A stretch of 64,000 nucleotides of DNA from the NCBI GenBank assembly GCA_038146885.1, contig JAYQSM010000012.1, positions 75,318 to 139,317 of the forward strand. The letters run 5' to 3'. This document shows positions 25,164 to 34,878 of the stretch, piece after piece (within the stretch, counting starts at the first letter, position 1; each line of letters opens with the position of its first letter). A program made the translations under genes and the position numbers. This DNA is from Rhodospirillaceae bacterium. GTDB taxonomy: Bacteria; Pseudomonadota; Alphaproteobacteria; MPNO01; UBA2964. The notes below the pieces were generated by a model. It was not told the origin of the DNA, did no database searches, and saw nothing but the letters and a program-made list of their open reading frames with translations.

Positions 25164-25916
25164 TCATAAAGTATCCGAAGCCGCACAACAAATGGACCAA
25201 AAATCATCTAAATTCAGACTTGCCCCTCCGACAAGGCCGCCATTGACCGCGGGAAGTGAGAGGATCTCTTCCGCATTGCTCGGGTTCACGGACCCTCCAT
25301 AGAGGATTCTAATTTTCTCTCCATCGTGCAGTAACCGCGATACTAAATCCCTAATTCCCTCATGGACTTCTGCAATTTGATCCAGCGACGGCGTTAACCC
25401 CGTACCGATCGCCCAGAGCGGTTCATATGCAATCGCCACATTTTCAAATGTCCCGTTACCCGGCATGGAATCTCTCACTTGACGATACACCGTCTCAAGC
25501 GTTTTTCCTGCAGCCCGCTCTTCTGCACTCTCTCCCACGCAAATAATTGCCGACATGTCCGCCGCAATAGCCGATTCTGCCTTTAACTGAACCAACTTAT
25601 CTGACTCGTAATATTCAGTTCGCCTTTCAGAATGCCCCACAATTACCCGATTACAATCCAGATCCTTTAACATTAGACAATTTATATCGCCCGTATGAGG
25701 TCCGAATGATCTGTGATCACAAGTCTGCGCTCCCACCGAGATTTCCTCGTTCAAAGCTCCCCTGACAACACTTAACAAAGAGAACGGAGGACAAATAACA
25801 ATGTCACAATTTCTGTTTTTTCTTTGGGCCACTCGCGCGGATAGCTTCGAACAAAATGACAAAGCATCGGCCTTCAAAAGGTTCATCTTCCAATTAGCGG
25901 CTATTAGAGGAATCAT
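25164..25916 (-). CDS. tpiA: triose-phosphate isomerase
   Basis: The conserved N-terminus MIPLIAANWKMN begins at the internal Met (25916). The ORF is open to 25931. Also VIVGHSERR and GGSV motifs. Confidence 0.9.
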   Translation of the reverse strand: MIPLIAANWKMNLLKADALSFCSKLSARVAQRKNRNCDIVICPPFSLLSVVRGALNEEISVGAQTCDHRSFGPHTGDINCLMLKDLDCNRVIVGHSERRTEYYESDKLVQLKAESAIAADMSAIICVGESAEERAAGKTLETVYRQVRDSMPGNGTFENVAIAYEPLWAIGTGLTPSLDQIAEVHEGIRDLVSRLLHDGEKIRILYGGSVNPSNAEEILSLPAVNGGLVGGASLNLDDFWSICCAASDTL

Positions 25917-26113
25917 CTTTACTCCTTTCAAACAAAAAGAAAGAATCGGCTTGAGTAATGCTCCGCCATTCAGTTACTTATTTCATGGTGTTTGTAGTAA
26001 AAGCGTGCAACTTAGGACAAATCATAGTTGGTTGCCAGTTTTTTGAGAGCATGCTGCGGTTAAACCGCGATTGGTATATTTATATTTTGAAGAAATAGCT
26101 CGGATTAAAAAGA

Positions 26114-28009
26114 ATGATCGAAGCAATGCGTTCAAAAGCGGCGTCCTGGGTCGCCAAGATTTTAGCTTTATTCCTTATACTGTCTTTCGCCGTTTGGGGA
26201 ATAGAAGACATGATGCCCGGAGGAGGAACAATCCAAAACATTGCGGAGGTGAATGGCGAAAATATTAGCCGAGACGCCTTGAATCGGAAATTTCAACAGT
26301 CAGTCAATGTAATGAAATCAAGCTTGGGAAATAATTTTAGCGCTCGTCAAGCTGCAAGATTAGGACTTATTGAACAATCTTTGGATGAAATAATCGAAGA
26401 GAAATTGCTTCTCAGCGAGATTGATAGATTAAAACTTACCGCAACCCAGACAAGCATAAGACAAACAATATTCAATGACCCTCGTTTTAGGGGTCCAGGG
26501 AACACGATAGACAGAAAAGCCTTCCAGAGCTTTCTTAGACAATCGGGATTGTCAGAGGATGATTTTGTAAAAGTTCTGGGGAACCAAATCCGGGAAAAAC
26601 AGCTTCTTTCGGCTCTGACTTCGGGCGTAACCGCGCCACAGGATCTAACAGACTTGCTTTTTAGGTACCAGGATCAGAAACGCAGCATTGAAATAGCTAC
26701 CATTCCTTATGCCTCAATTCAAAATATTAAGGATCCATCTGAACAAGAATTGCTGAAATATTTCAATAAAAATAAGGAGTTTTTCCGGAGCGTCGAATAT
26801 CGCGATTTAAGTATCCTTTACCTAAATCCGGACCAATTTGGAGCAGGTATGACCCCATCTGAGGATCGTCTTCAAGAATTATATCAGAACCGAAAAAAAG
26901 CTGCGTCGACTCCAGAGCGCAGAAACCTGAGCCAAATCTTACTATTGGATGAAACAGCTCTGGCTAAGGCAAAAAAAGGGTTAGAAGAAGGAAGGTCCTT
27001 TGAACAAACCGCAGCTGAAATCTCCGGGGGACCGCCACAATCGTTGGGGCTTATCGCTCGAGATGAACTTCCCGAGGCTGTCTCTAAAGTGGCTTTCGCT
27101 ACAAAGTTAAATGAGGTCTCCGCCCCTGCTAAATCATCACTTGGCTGGCATATAATTCGGGTAAATTCAATAAACCCGGGGAAAGAAGCCACATATACTG
27201 ATTTGCGCCCTCAATTATTAACTGAATTAAAGAGAGAGATGGGCGTTGACGAAATAATCTCTATTACGGCTAAAATTGACGACTCCCTCGCCGCTGGCGT
27301 CAAACTGGAGGATGCCGCCAATGCATCAGGAGTATCCATAAAAAGGCTATCGGAAATTGATATCCTCGGGAATGATAGACACAGCAAACCAAACCCCAGC
27401 TACCCGAAATCGCGACGTTTCCAAGAGTTATTTGCCAGTTTGCAGGAGGGAGAGACCTCTCAAATAGAGGAAACAGAAGACGGCAGTTATTTTGTTTTGC
27501 GAGTCGATAAAGTCTATCCACCTTCGATTCCTGAGCTCTCAACAATTAAAGGTAAAATAGTCATCGCTTGGAAAACCGAGCAATCCCGCATAACTGCTGA
27601 AAAGGAGGCAAGAAAATTACTTTCTTTAGCAAAAAAGCGGGGTCTGAAAGGAGCAGCGGAGGAAATGGGGATAACTACAAAAGTGGTTGAAAAGATGTCC
27701 CGATTTGAACCAAAAAGAGAATTAAAAATCTCGGAGGAGGTAGTATCTGAGATTTTTAGAGCAAAAGAGAAAGAAACAATTTTTGCTCCAGATTTTCAGG
27801 GGTTCACTGTAGCTTTCATCAAAGAAATCTCCGATGCAAGAATGCCTACTGTAAAAAATGATCAGCTAATCGCATTAGAAAAAAATATTCGGCAATCAAT
27901 CGCAGAAGAACTAACGGTACAATTCATAAAAGACCTTCGACAAAAGGCCAAAGTGACCATTAATCGTGGGGCCCTTCAGCGCTTCACTGAAGAGCAGACG
28001 GGGGGCTAA
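26114..28009 (+). CDS. ppiD: periplasmic chaperone / peptidyl-prolyl cis-trans isomerase PpiD (SurA-N + parvulin domains)
   Basis: 631 aa. N-terminal membrane anchor, SurA_N-like domain, central parvulin rotamase domain. A rotamase gene conventionally precedes trpE in alphaproteobacteria. Confidence 0.7.
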   Translation: MIEAMRSKAASWVAKILALFLILSFAVWGIEDMMPGGGTIQNIAEVNGENISRDALNRKFQQSVNVMKSSLGNNFSARQAARLGLIEQSLDEIIEEKLLLSEIDRLKLTATQTSIRQTIFNDPRFRGPGNTIDRKAFQSFLRQSGLSEDDFVKVLGNQIREKQLLSALTSGVTAPQDLTDLLFRYQDQKRSIEIATIPYASIQNIKDPSEQELLKYFNKNKEFFRSVEYRDLSILYLNPDQFGAGMTPSEDRLQELYQNRKKAASTPERRNLSQILLLDETALAKAKKGLEEGRSFEQTAAEISGGPPQSLGLIARDELPEAVSKVAFATKLNEVSAPAKSSLGWHIIRVNSINPGKEATYTDLRPQLLTELKREMGVDEIISITAKIDDSLAAGVKLEDAANASGVSIKRLSEIDILGNDRHSKPNPSYPKSRRFQELFASLQEGETSQIEETEDGSYFVLRVDKVYPPSIPELSTIKGKIVIAWKTEQSRITAEKEARKLLSLAKKRGLKGAAEEMGITTKVVEKMSRFEPKRELKISEEVVSEIFRAKEKETIFAPDFQGFTVAFIKEISDARMPTVKNDQLIALEKNIRQSIAEELTVQFIKDLRQKAKVTINRGALQRFTEEQTGG

Positions 28010-29505
28010 TGAAGACGGTCCCAAGTTACGCTAACTTCTGCGACGCTTATGAGTTGAACAAGGCACAAGTCTTATCGACGACCGTCACCGCTGATTTGGA
28101 AACACCAGTTTCAGCTATGCTCAAATTGGCAGGAGAAAAATATAACTGTTTTTTATTAGAGTCAGTTGAAGGCGGAGTCCATCGCGGTCGATATTCCATA
28201 ATAGGAATGGATCCAGATGTCGTTTGGATGTGCAACGGCAAACAAGCTCAAACTTGTTTTATGGGCCAGAATGGAGAAATTTATAGACGGACAACCTCTA
28301 ATGATGCTCTCAAATCTTTGCGAGACCTGGTAGAACAATCCAAAATTGACTTACCCAAAGATCTACCACCCATGGCCGCGGGTCTGGTGGGTTATCTCGG
28401 ATACAACACAATTTCCCTTATGGAAGACATTCCAATCTCCAAGACCGATAGCTTGCAGACACCGGATGGACTTTTTCTGAGACCGAAAATAATGGCTATT
28501 TTTGATCTCGTAAAAGATAGCCTGATAATTGTTACACCGGTAAGAACAGAAAAAAATGTCTCCGCCGATCAGGCATGGAAATCAGCACATAGTAGGCTCT
28601 CTAACGTTGTAACAGCGTTTGGACAAAATTTAAAAAGAAAGCAATCCGAATTCCAAAGCAAGTCAGCCTCTCTGACCCCCGAGTCAAATACAAGTAAACA
28701 AAAATATCTGCAGATTGTCGAGAAGGCAAAAGACTACATCCTTTCAGGAGATATTTTTCAGGTTGTCCTATCCCAAAGATTTAAAGTTCCCTTTACCCTG
28801 CCCCCATTCACTCTCTACCGTGCGCTCAGACGAACGAACCCCTCGCCATTTCTCTTCTTCCTTAACTTCAAGGACTTTGCGGTAGTAGGCTCAAGCCCCG
28901 AGATCCTAGTTCGGATGAGGGACGGAAAAGTGACAATTCGACCCTTAGCTGGCACACGACGACGGGGACAAACGCAAGAGGAAGACAGGAATTTAGAGCA
29001 AGAGTTACTCAGTGATCAAAAAGAGCTAGCTGAACACCTAATGCTTCTAGATTTAGGGAGAAACGACGTGGGACGAGTTGCTAAAATTGGGACCGTTCGG
29101 GTCACAGAGAAAATGGTTATTGAGCGTTATTCTCATGTAATGCACATCTCATCCAACGTTGAAGGAGAAATCGACATAAAGAAGGGCGCAATGGACGCTC
29201 TATCGGCTGGCTTTCCCGCGGGAACCGTATCAGGTGCCCCTAAAATCCGAGCAATGGAGATAATTGACGAATTAGAGACTGAAAAGCGGGGAATATATGC
29301 GGGAACCGTTGGGTATTTTTCTGCTAATGGGAGCATGGACACATGCATTTTGTTGCGTACGGCGATAGTTAAAGATGGATATATGTACATCCAAGCGGGA
29401 GCAGGAATAGTAGCAGATAGTAACCCAGAAACAGAATACGAAGAGTGTATAAACAAAGCAGCGGCTGTTATAAAGGCCGCTGAAGAGGCTTTCCTTTACG
29501 CCTAA
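28009..29505 (+). CDS. trpE: anthranilate synthase component I
   Basis: 498 aa. Chorismate-binding enzyme motifs (LLESVEGG, GAGIVADS). Its ATG overlaps the ppiD stop (TAATG). Confidence 0.9.
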   Translation: MKTVPSYANFCDAYELNKAQVLSTTVTADLETPVSAMLKLAGEKYNCFLLESVEGGVHRGRYSIIGMDPDVVWMCNGKQAQTCFMGQNGEIYRRTTSNDALKSLRDLVEQSKIDLPKDLPPMAAGLVGYLGYNTISLMEDIPISKTDSLQTPDGLFLRPKIMAIFDLVKDSLIIVTPVRTEKNVSADQAWKSAHSRLSNVVTAFGQNLKRKQSEFQSKSASLTPESNTSKQKYLQIVEKAKDYILSGDIFQVVLSQRFKVPFTLPPFTLYRALRRTNPSPFLFFLNFKDFAVVGSSPEILVRMRDGKVTIRPLAGTRRRGQTQEEDRNLEQELLSDQKELAEHLMLLDLGRNDVGRVAKIGTVRVTEKMVIERYSHVMHISSNVEGEIDIKKGAMDALSAGFPAGTVSGAPKIRAMEIIDELETEKRGIYAGTVGYFSANGSMDTCILLRTAIVKDGYMYIQAGAGIVADSNPETEYEECINKAAAVIKAAEEAFLYA

Positions 29506-29763
29506 TCTCGAGCTTTAGAAAAAAGTTCTGAACTAAGTGTCGAGAGCTTCATCAAAATTTTTAGTCGATGTATTTCTATTTAATCTCAAGCAACCTTAAA
29601 TCTGTGTAATCAATCACCGGATTGCAATTCTGACCAACAAAATAGAGTTTTCTGTATTTAGCATCTTAGAGTCATTTGTGGAGATGAGACAAATAGCCCT
29701 TATCGAGTTAAAACAGAGACAATCGACAATCGGAGATACCCGAGTAGGATTTCTAGATCACAA

Positions 29764-30351
29764 ATGATTCTTATCATAGATAACTTCGACAGCTTCACAT
29801 ACAACCTGGTTCATTATTTTGGGCAACTCGGAGTTGAGAGTGTTGTAAGACGTAACAACGCGATCACAATCGATGAGGCGGTTAACATGAATCCTGAGGC
29901 AATCATTTTGTCTCCCGGCCCATGCGATCCAGATAAAGCCGGAATCTGCCTTGAAATTATTAAAAACTTATACAAAAAAGTTCCGATGCTTGGGGTCTGC
30001 CTGGGTCATCAAGCCATTGCTCAATCCTTTGGAACGAAAATCATCCGAGCTCCAGTTCCTATGCATGGTAAAGCAAGTCCCATCCATCATAATAGTAAAG
30101 GTATCTTTATAGGACTCCCTCAGGAATTCATGGCTATTCGTTATCATTCCCTCATCGTTGACCGCGGAAGAGTAGCAGATTGTCTAGAGATTTCTGCAGA
30201 GACTGAAGATGGATTGATCATGGGAATATCGCATAAAACATACCCTGTCTTTGGTGTACAGTTTCATCCTGAAAGCATTGATACTGAATCAGGAAAGGAA
30301 CTTCTTTTGAACTTTATAAACCTGGCTCGCAAACGGAGATCTAGCCAATGA
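29764..30351 (+). CDS. trpG: anthranilate synthase component II (glutamine amidotransferase)
   Basis: 195 aa. Class-I GATase with catalytic Cys (GVCLGHQ) and a downstream catalytic His. Confidence 0.85.
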   Translation: MILIIDNFDSFTYNLVHYFGQLGVESVVRRNNAITIDEAVNMNPEAIILSPGPCDPDKAGICLEIIKNLYKKVPMLGVCLGHQAIAQSFGTKIIRAPVPMHGKASPIHHNSKGIFIGLPQEFMAIRYHSLIVDRGRVADCLEISAETEDGLIMGISHKTYPVFGVQFHPESIDTESGKELLLNFINLARKRRSSQ

Positions 30352-31391
30352 TGGAAACGGATGACAGCCTCAAAAAGATTCTGTCTAAGACCGCTGATGG
30401 ACACGAACTTGACTCTGCCGAGGCCGAGAAAGCTTTTGAATTAATCATGTCGGGCAAGGCTACGCCAGCTCAGATAGGCGCATTTCTTATGGCACTAAGG
30501 GTAAGGGGCGAAACAGTTACAGAAATTGCGGCGGCCGCAAAAGTCATGAGGATAAAGGCAAACAAAATTAGGGCCCCAGAAAACGCGATTGACATTGTAG
30601 GCACAGGGGGAGATAGCTCAGGGAGCCTCAACATTTCGACTGGGGCCGCGCTCGTGGTCGCGGGATGCGGCGTTCCAGTTGCCAAACACGGTAATAGAGC
30701 TTTGTCGTCCCGAGCAGGATCGGCAGATGTTTTGACTTCGCTTGGAGTGAATATTGACTGTGAAATGCCACTGATAGAAAAGGCTATCGATCATGCAAGA
30801 TTCGGATTCATGATGGCTCCTCGCCACCATAGTGCCACCCGCCATGTCGCTGGACCTCGAGTGGAATTGGGTACTCGAACTATTTTTAATCTGTTGGGTC
30901 CACTTTCGAATCCCGCAGGCGTCAAACGCCTGTTGATTGGAGTTTATGCGAAGGAATGGATAAGACCTATGGCGGAAGTTGTTGCAAGCTTGGGGGCAGA
31001 AAAAGCTTGGGTGGTCCACGGTTCAGATGGATTAGATGAAATGACCACGACGGGTTCTACATATGTTGCAGCCTACGAGAACGGAGATATAAAAACCTTT
31101 GAGTGCAGCCCTGAGGAGGCCGGTATCGAGAAGACATCGGCAGAAAAACTAAAAGGCGGAGATGCTGCTTACAATGCGAACGCTCTGCTCGCTGTACTAA
31201 ATGGAGAGAGAGTTCCATACAGAGATATCGTCTGTTACACCGCTGCGGCCGGCTTGATCATCGCGGATAAGGTCAAGGACCTCAAAATGGGTATCGAAAT
31301 GGCTAGGGAGTCTATCGATCGCGGTCAGGCAAAAGCAGTCTTAGAAAATCTTGTCTCTATATCGAATGAGAAAGAAACTCCTGGAATATAA
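30348..31391 (+). CDS. trpD: anthranilate phosphoribosyltransferase
   Basis: 347 aa. Glycosyl transferase family 3 (DIVGTGGD, KHGNRA). 4-bp overlap with trpG. Confidence 0.9.
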   Translation: MMETDDSLKKILSKTADGHELDSAEAEKAFELIMSGKATPAQIGAFLMALRVRGETVTEIAAAAKVMRIKANKIRAPENAIDIVGTGGDSSGSLNISTGAALVVAGCGVPVAKHGNRALSSRAGSADVLTSLGVNIDCEMPLIEKAIDHARFGFMMAPRHHSATRHVAGPRVELGTRTIFNLLGPLSNPAGVKRLLIGVYAKEWIRPMAEVVASLGAEKAWVVHGSDGLDEMTTTGSTYVAAYENGDIKTFECSPEEAGIEKTSAEKLKGGDAAYNANALLAVLNGERVPYRDIVCYTAAAGLIIADKVKDLKMGIEMARESIDRGQAKAVLENLVSISNEKETPGI

Positions 31392-31392
31392 T

Positions 31393-32187
31393 ATGTCTGA
31401 TGCTTTAACCCGAATATGCGCAGAGAAAAGGATCTATGTTAAGGATTGCAAGGCTGCGAGACCATTATCGGACCTTGTGCCGGTTGCTAAAGCGCAAGAA
31501 TCGGTCAGGGGTTTTGAAGAAGCTCTATCCAAAGCATCACTCACAGGCTACGGCCTAATCGCAGAAATAAAAAAGGCTTCTCCTAGCGCAGGACTAATTC
31601 GACCGGACTTCGATCCCAGGGAGCTAGCTTTAGACTACCAAACAGGTGGGGCAACATGTCTTTCCGTGTTAACAGACGTCCCATTCTTTCAAGGCGATAA
31701 CAGCCATTTAGAAGCCGCACGCACAGCCAGCATTTTGCCCATTCTCAGAAAAGATTTCATTATTGACCCATATCAGGTCTGGGAGAGCAGAGCTCTCGGA
31801 GCCGATTGCATTCTTCTGATCCTTGCGGCCTTGGACGACAACCTCGTTCAAGAATTGGAGTCTATCGCAACAGAGCTTGAGATGGATGTTCTTTTGGAAG
31901 TTCACTCTGAAGATGAGCTGGAGCGTGCTTTGTCACTGCAATCCCGTCTAATTGGAATCAATAATAGAAATCTTAAGACACTTAGAACTGATACCAACAC
32001 GACAAAACGTCTCGCTCCTCTTGTACCCACCGGGTACACTCTGATTTGCGAAAGTGGCTTAAAAACATCTAAAGATCTTGCGAGAATGGCCGAGTTCGGA
32101 GCACGCTGTTTTCTGATCGGAGAAGCGCTAATGCTCAAGTCCAATGTAAGAGCAGCCGTAGAAGAAATTCTCTCTAACCCCGTATAA
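31393..32187 (+). CDS. trpC: indole-3-glycerol phosphate synthase
   Basis: The IGPS family N-terminus starts at the ATG at 31393 (MSDALTRICAEKR); the ORF is open from 31351. TIM barrel (EIKKASPS, INNRNLKT). Confidence 0.9.
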   Translation: MSDALTRICAEKRIYVKDCKAARPLSDLVPVAKAQESVRGFEEALSKASLTGYGLIAEIKKASPSAGLIRPDFDPRELALDYQTGGATCLSVLTDVPFFQGDNSHLEAARTASILPILRKDFIIDPYQVWESRALGADCILLILAALDDNLVQELESIATELEMDVLLEVHSEDELERALSLQSRLIGINNRNLKTLRTDTNTTKRLAPLVPTGYTLICESGLKTSKDLARMAEFGARCFLIGEALMLKSNVRAAVEEILSNPV

Positions 32188-32202
32188 AACGAAGGCTATC
32201 TA

Positions 32203-32685
32203 ATGAAAGCGAGACTTACTCATCTAGATGAAAACGGCCAAGCAGCTATGGTCGACGTCTCAGATAAAACAGAGACAAGTCGTACAGCCACAGCGGCTGG
32301 TAGAGTTTTCATGACTAAAAAAACGCTGGAACTAATCAAGAGCGGATCCAACAAAAAAGGGGATGCCCTCTCTGTAGCGCGTCTAGCCGGGATAATGGGA
32401 GCTAAGAAAACCTCAGAGATCATTCCCTTGTGTCATCCCCTTCCGCTCAGTGGAATAGAGGTGATGCTTACCCCTAACTCAGCAGACTCGTCGGTAGATA
32501 TTTTAGCTACCTGCCGAGTTCTGGGTCGAACCGGGGTTGAAATGGAGGCGCTGAACGCAGTAATGATTGCAGCCCTAACGGTTTACGATATGTGTAAAGC
32601 GGTTGATCGAAGCATGACCATTAGTAATGTCAGGTTGATTGAGAAATCGGGAGGAAAATCGGGATTGTATAAGGCAGATGAATAA
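32203..32685 (+). CDS. moaC: cyclic pyranopterin monophosphate synthase accessory protein MoaC
   Basis: 160 aa. MoaC family (LTHLDENGQAAMVDVSDK, ALTVYDMCKA). Confidence 0.9.
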   Translation: MKARLTHLDENGQAAMVDVSDKTETSRTATAAGRVFMTKKTLELIKSGSNKKGDALSVARLAGIMGAKKTSEIIPLCHPLPLSGIEVMLTPNSADSSVDILATCRVLGRTGVEMEALNAVMIAALTVYDMCKAVDRSMTISNVRLIEKSGGKSGLYKADE

Positions 32686-33886
32686 GCTTTTGCCCGTGGA
32701 AGAGGCACGTCAACGGATCTGCGATGCCTTGCCGATACTTGGAACAGAACAAGTTTCACTTGAAGAAGGATTGGGTCGAGTATTAGCAGAGGATGCAATC
32801 TCGCGTCGGACCCAACCCCCCTTTCCGGTCTCAGCGATGGACGGTTATGCCGTTAGAGCCCAAGATGTCGTCACATTACCGTCGGTATTGAAGGTCATTG
32901 GCGAGGTTCCAGCAGGAAAAAATTTCAGTGGTTCACTTTCATCTGGAGAAGCAGTGAGGATTTTTACCGGAGCTCGGGTCCCAGCCGGTGCCGACACTAT
33001 AGTCATTCAGGAAAATACAGAACAAAGCGACAAGACGGTCAGGGTAATAGACGGAGAGGCCCCTGTCGGTCGGTTTATACGTCCCTCAGGGCTTGATTTT
33101 AAATTAGGTGATAAATTAATTACCGGCCCCAAACTTCTGAATTCTAGAGATATTGGCCTACTGGCAAGTATGAATCTTCCTTGGCTAAAAGTACGAAAGA
33201 GACCAATTATTTCATTGCTCGCAACAGGTGATGAAATCGTAATGCCGGGAGATCCGCTTGAAGAAAATCAAATCGTTAGCTCGAATGTGATCGCCCTAAA
33301 AGCTTTTATAAAACAAAAGGGTGGAATAGCCATAGATCTCGGAATTGCTGAGGACAATAAAGAATCTCTGCTAAAGCTCGCAAAAAACGGGTTAGCTAGC
33401 GACCTACTAATTACCACAGGGGGTGCGTCGGTCGGAGATCATGATTTGGTGCAGTCTGGTCTCAGCGATTTAGGGTTAAAGGTAGATTTCTGGAGAATTG
33501 CGATGCGGCCAGGGAAACCCCTTATTTTTGGTAAAATTTCTGATACCCCTCTTCTCGGTTTACCTGGAAATCCTGTATCCTCTCTCGTCTGCGCAACAAT
33601 ATTCTTGGGTCCTGCAATCGCGGCAATGCAGGGTTTAAACCATAATTCTAATCACAAACACCAAGCTATTCTTGAAGGTGAACTTCCATCTAATGATGAG
33701 AGAGAGGACTATTTGAGAGGATCACTCAAAATATTAGACAGTGGAATTACGGCTGTCACTCCTTTTGAGAAACAAGATAGCTCGGTGTTTTCAGGTATGG
33801 CGGCCGCAAACTGTCTGATTGTTCGCGAGCCGTTTACGCCTGCATCTCATTCTGGAGATCTTGTAGATTACATCCTTCTCGATTGA
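32678..33886 (+). CDS. moeA: molybdopterin molybdotransferase MoeA
   Basis: The conserved N-terminus MNKLLPVEEAR starts at 32678, overlapping the moaC stop by 8 bp. MoeA N, MoCF-binding (TTGGASVGDHD) and C domains are present. Confidence 0.85.
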   Translation: MNKLLPVEEARQRICDALPILGTEQVSLEEGLGRVLAEDAISRRTQPPFPVSAMDGYAVRAQDVVTLPSVLKVIGEVPAGKNFSGSLSSGEAVRIFTGARVPAGADTIVIQENTEQSDKTVRVIDGEAPVGRFIRPSGLDFKLGDKLITGPKLLNSRDIGLLASMNLPWLKVRKRPIISLLATGDEIVMPGDPLEENQIVSSNVIALKAFIKQKGGIAIDLGIAEDNKESLLKLAKNGLASDLLITTGGASVGDHDLVQSGLSDLGLKVDFWRIAMRPGKPLIFGKISDTPLLGLPGNPVSSLVCATIFLGPAIAAMQGLNHNSNHKHQAILEGELPSNDEREDYLRGSLKILDSGITAVTPFEKQDSSVFSGMAAANCLIVREPFTPASHSGDLVDYILLD

Positions 33887-33943
33887 GCCAACCTCAAAAA
33901 AGACATTTGACCCGATTCACGTAAACTTAGTATAGAATTCGAT

Positions 33944-33958
33944 GTTGTCATTTTGTTC
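33944..33958 (+). promoter_or_regulatory. candidate LexA operator (SOS box), GTTG-N7-GTTC, upstream of lexA
   Basis: GTTGTCATTTTGTTC sits about 35 bp upstream of the lexA ATG. It matches the alphaproteobacterial direct-repeat SOS box GTTC-N7-GTTC at 7 of 8 positions. lexA is normally autoregulated. Confidence 0.35.
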
Positions 33959-33991
33959 TACCAGAGACACTCGAATGAAGGTAAGCTAATT

Positions 33992-34699
33992 ATGCTGACG
34001 CAGAAGCAACTTCAACTGCTGCAATTTATTAGCAGGAGACAAAAATCCAGTGGCATTTCACCCTCTTTTGATGAAATGAAAATTGCCCTCGGATTAAAAT
34101 CCAAGTCAGGAATTCATCGCCTTATAACCAATCTAGAAGAACGTGGTTTCATACGCAAACTACCCCATCGGGCTCGAGCTCTGGAAATTATCAAGCTTCC
34201 AGATACTTTAAATATCGAAGGTCAAGACCATATGGGTTTTACCCCCAATGTCATAGACGGGGGTCTATCTTCTGCAGGTTTACAAACAAGAGAAGAGACG
34301 GTCAATCTCAAAGAGGATATAACCTCTATCCCGTTCTATGGAAAAATTGCTGCGGGCTTACCTATTGAAGCGCTTTCAGATCAATCGGAAACTTTGTCTG
34401 TACCGAATTCTTTAATTGGACCTGGAAATCATTACGCCTTACGAGTGGAGGGAGACTCAATGATTGATGCAGGAATTTTCGACGGAGATATTGCAATAAT
34501 CCAACATACAGAAACATCAGATAACGGATCAATTGTTGTCGCGTTGATTGATGATAATGAATCAACTCTGAAACGAATTAGGAAAAAAGGTCAATCTATC
34601 GCCTTAGAACCAGCCAACAAAGCCTACAAAACCAGGATTTTCGGACTGGATCAAATCTCCATTCAGGGTAAATTGAAGGCCATAATCAGATCTTACTAA
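33992..34699 (+). CDS. lexA: LexA repressor
   Basis: The conserved N-terminus MLTQKQLQLLQFI starts at 33992; the ORF is open from 33953. The C-terminal S24 peptidase domain has Ser (GDSMIDAGI) and Lys (TLKRI). Confidence 0.9.
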   Translation: MLTQKQLQLLQFISRRQKSSGISPSFDEMKIALGLKSKSGIHRLITNLEERGFIRKLPHRARALEIIKLPDTLNIEGQDHMGFTPNVIDGGLSSAGLQTREETVNLKEDITSIPFYGKIAAGLPIEALSDQSETLSVPNSLIGPGNHYALRVEGDSMIDAGIFDGDIAIIQHTETSDNGSIVVALIDDNESTLKRIRKKGQSIALEPANKAYKTRIFGLDQISIQGKLKAIIRSY

Positions 34700-34878
34700 G
34701 ATTAAACTCTTCATTTCAATTGATTACCGAGTTGCCCGAGAACTAGGAAAAAAACTACCCACAAACGGATTCGGTAAGGAAGTCACAGAACCTTAGTTCG
34801 AATTTAAGAACCTTAACTGAAACTAGCTGACAATTCCGAAAAATATCTTCCCGAAATACAATTTTTCTAATCAGAGCC

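Noticed and set aside
29540-29600. Trp-codon leader peptide (trpL attenuator) between trpE and trpG
   Set aside because: The short ORFs in the spacer (13 and 27 codons) contain no Trp codons, and there is no tandem TGG.
34788-34815. tRNA-like T-loop motif GTTCGAAT in the lexA-gltX spacer
   Set aside because: No acceptor stem, D-arm or anticodon arm can be folded around it, and the spacer is only 179 bp. I treated it as a repeat or operator-like motif instead (see findings).
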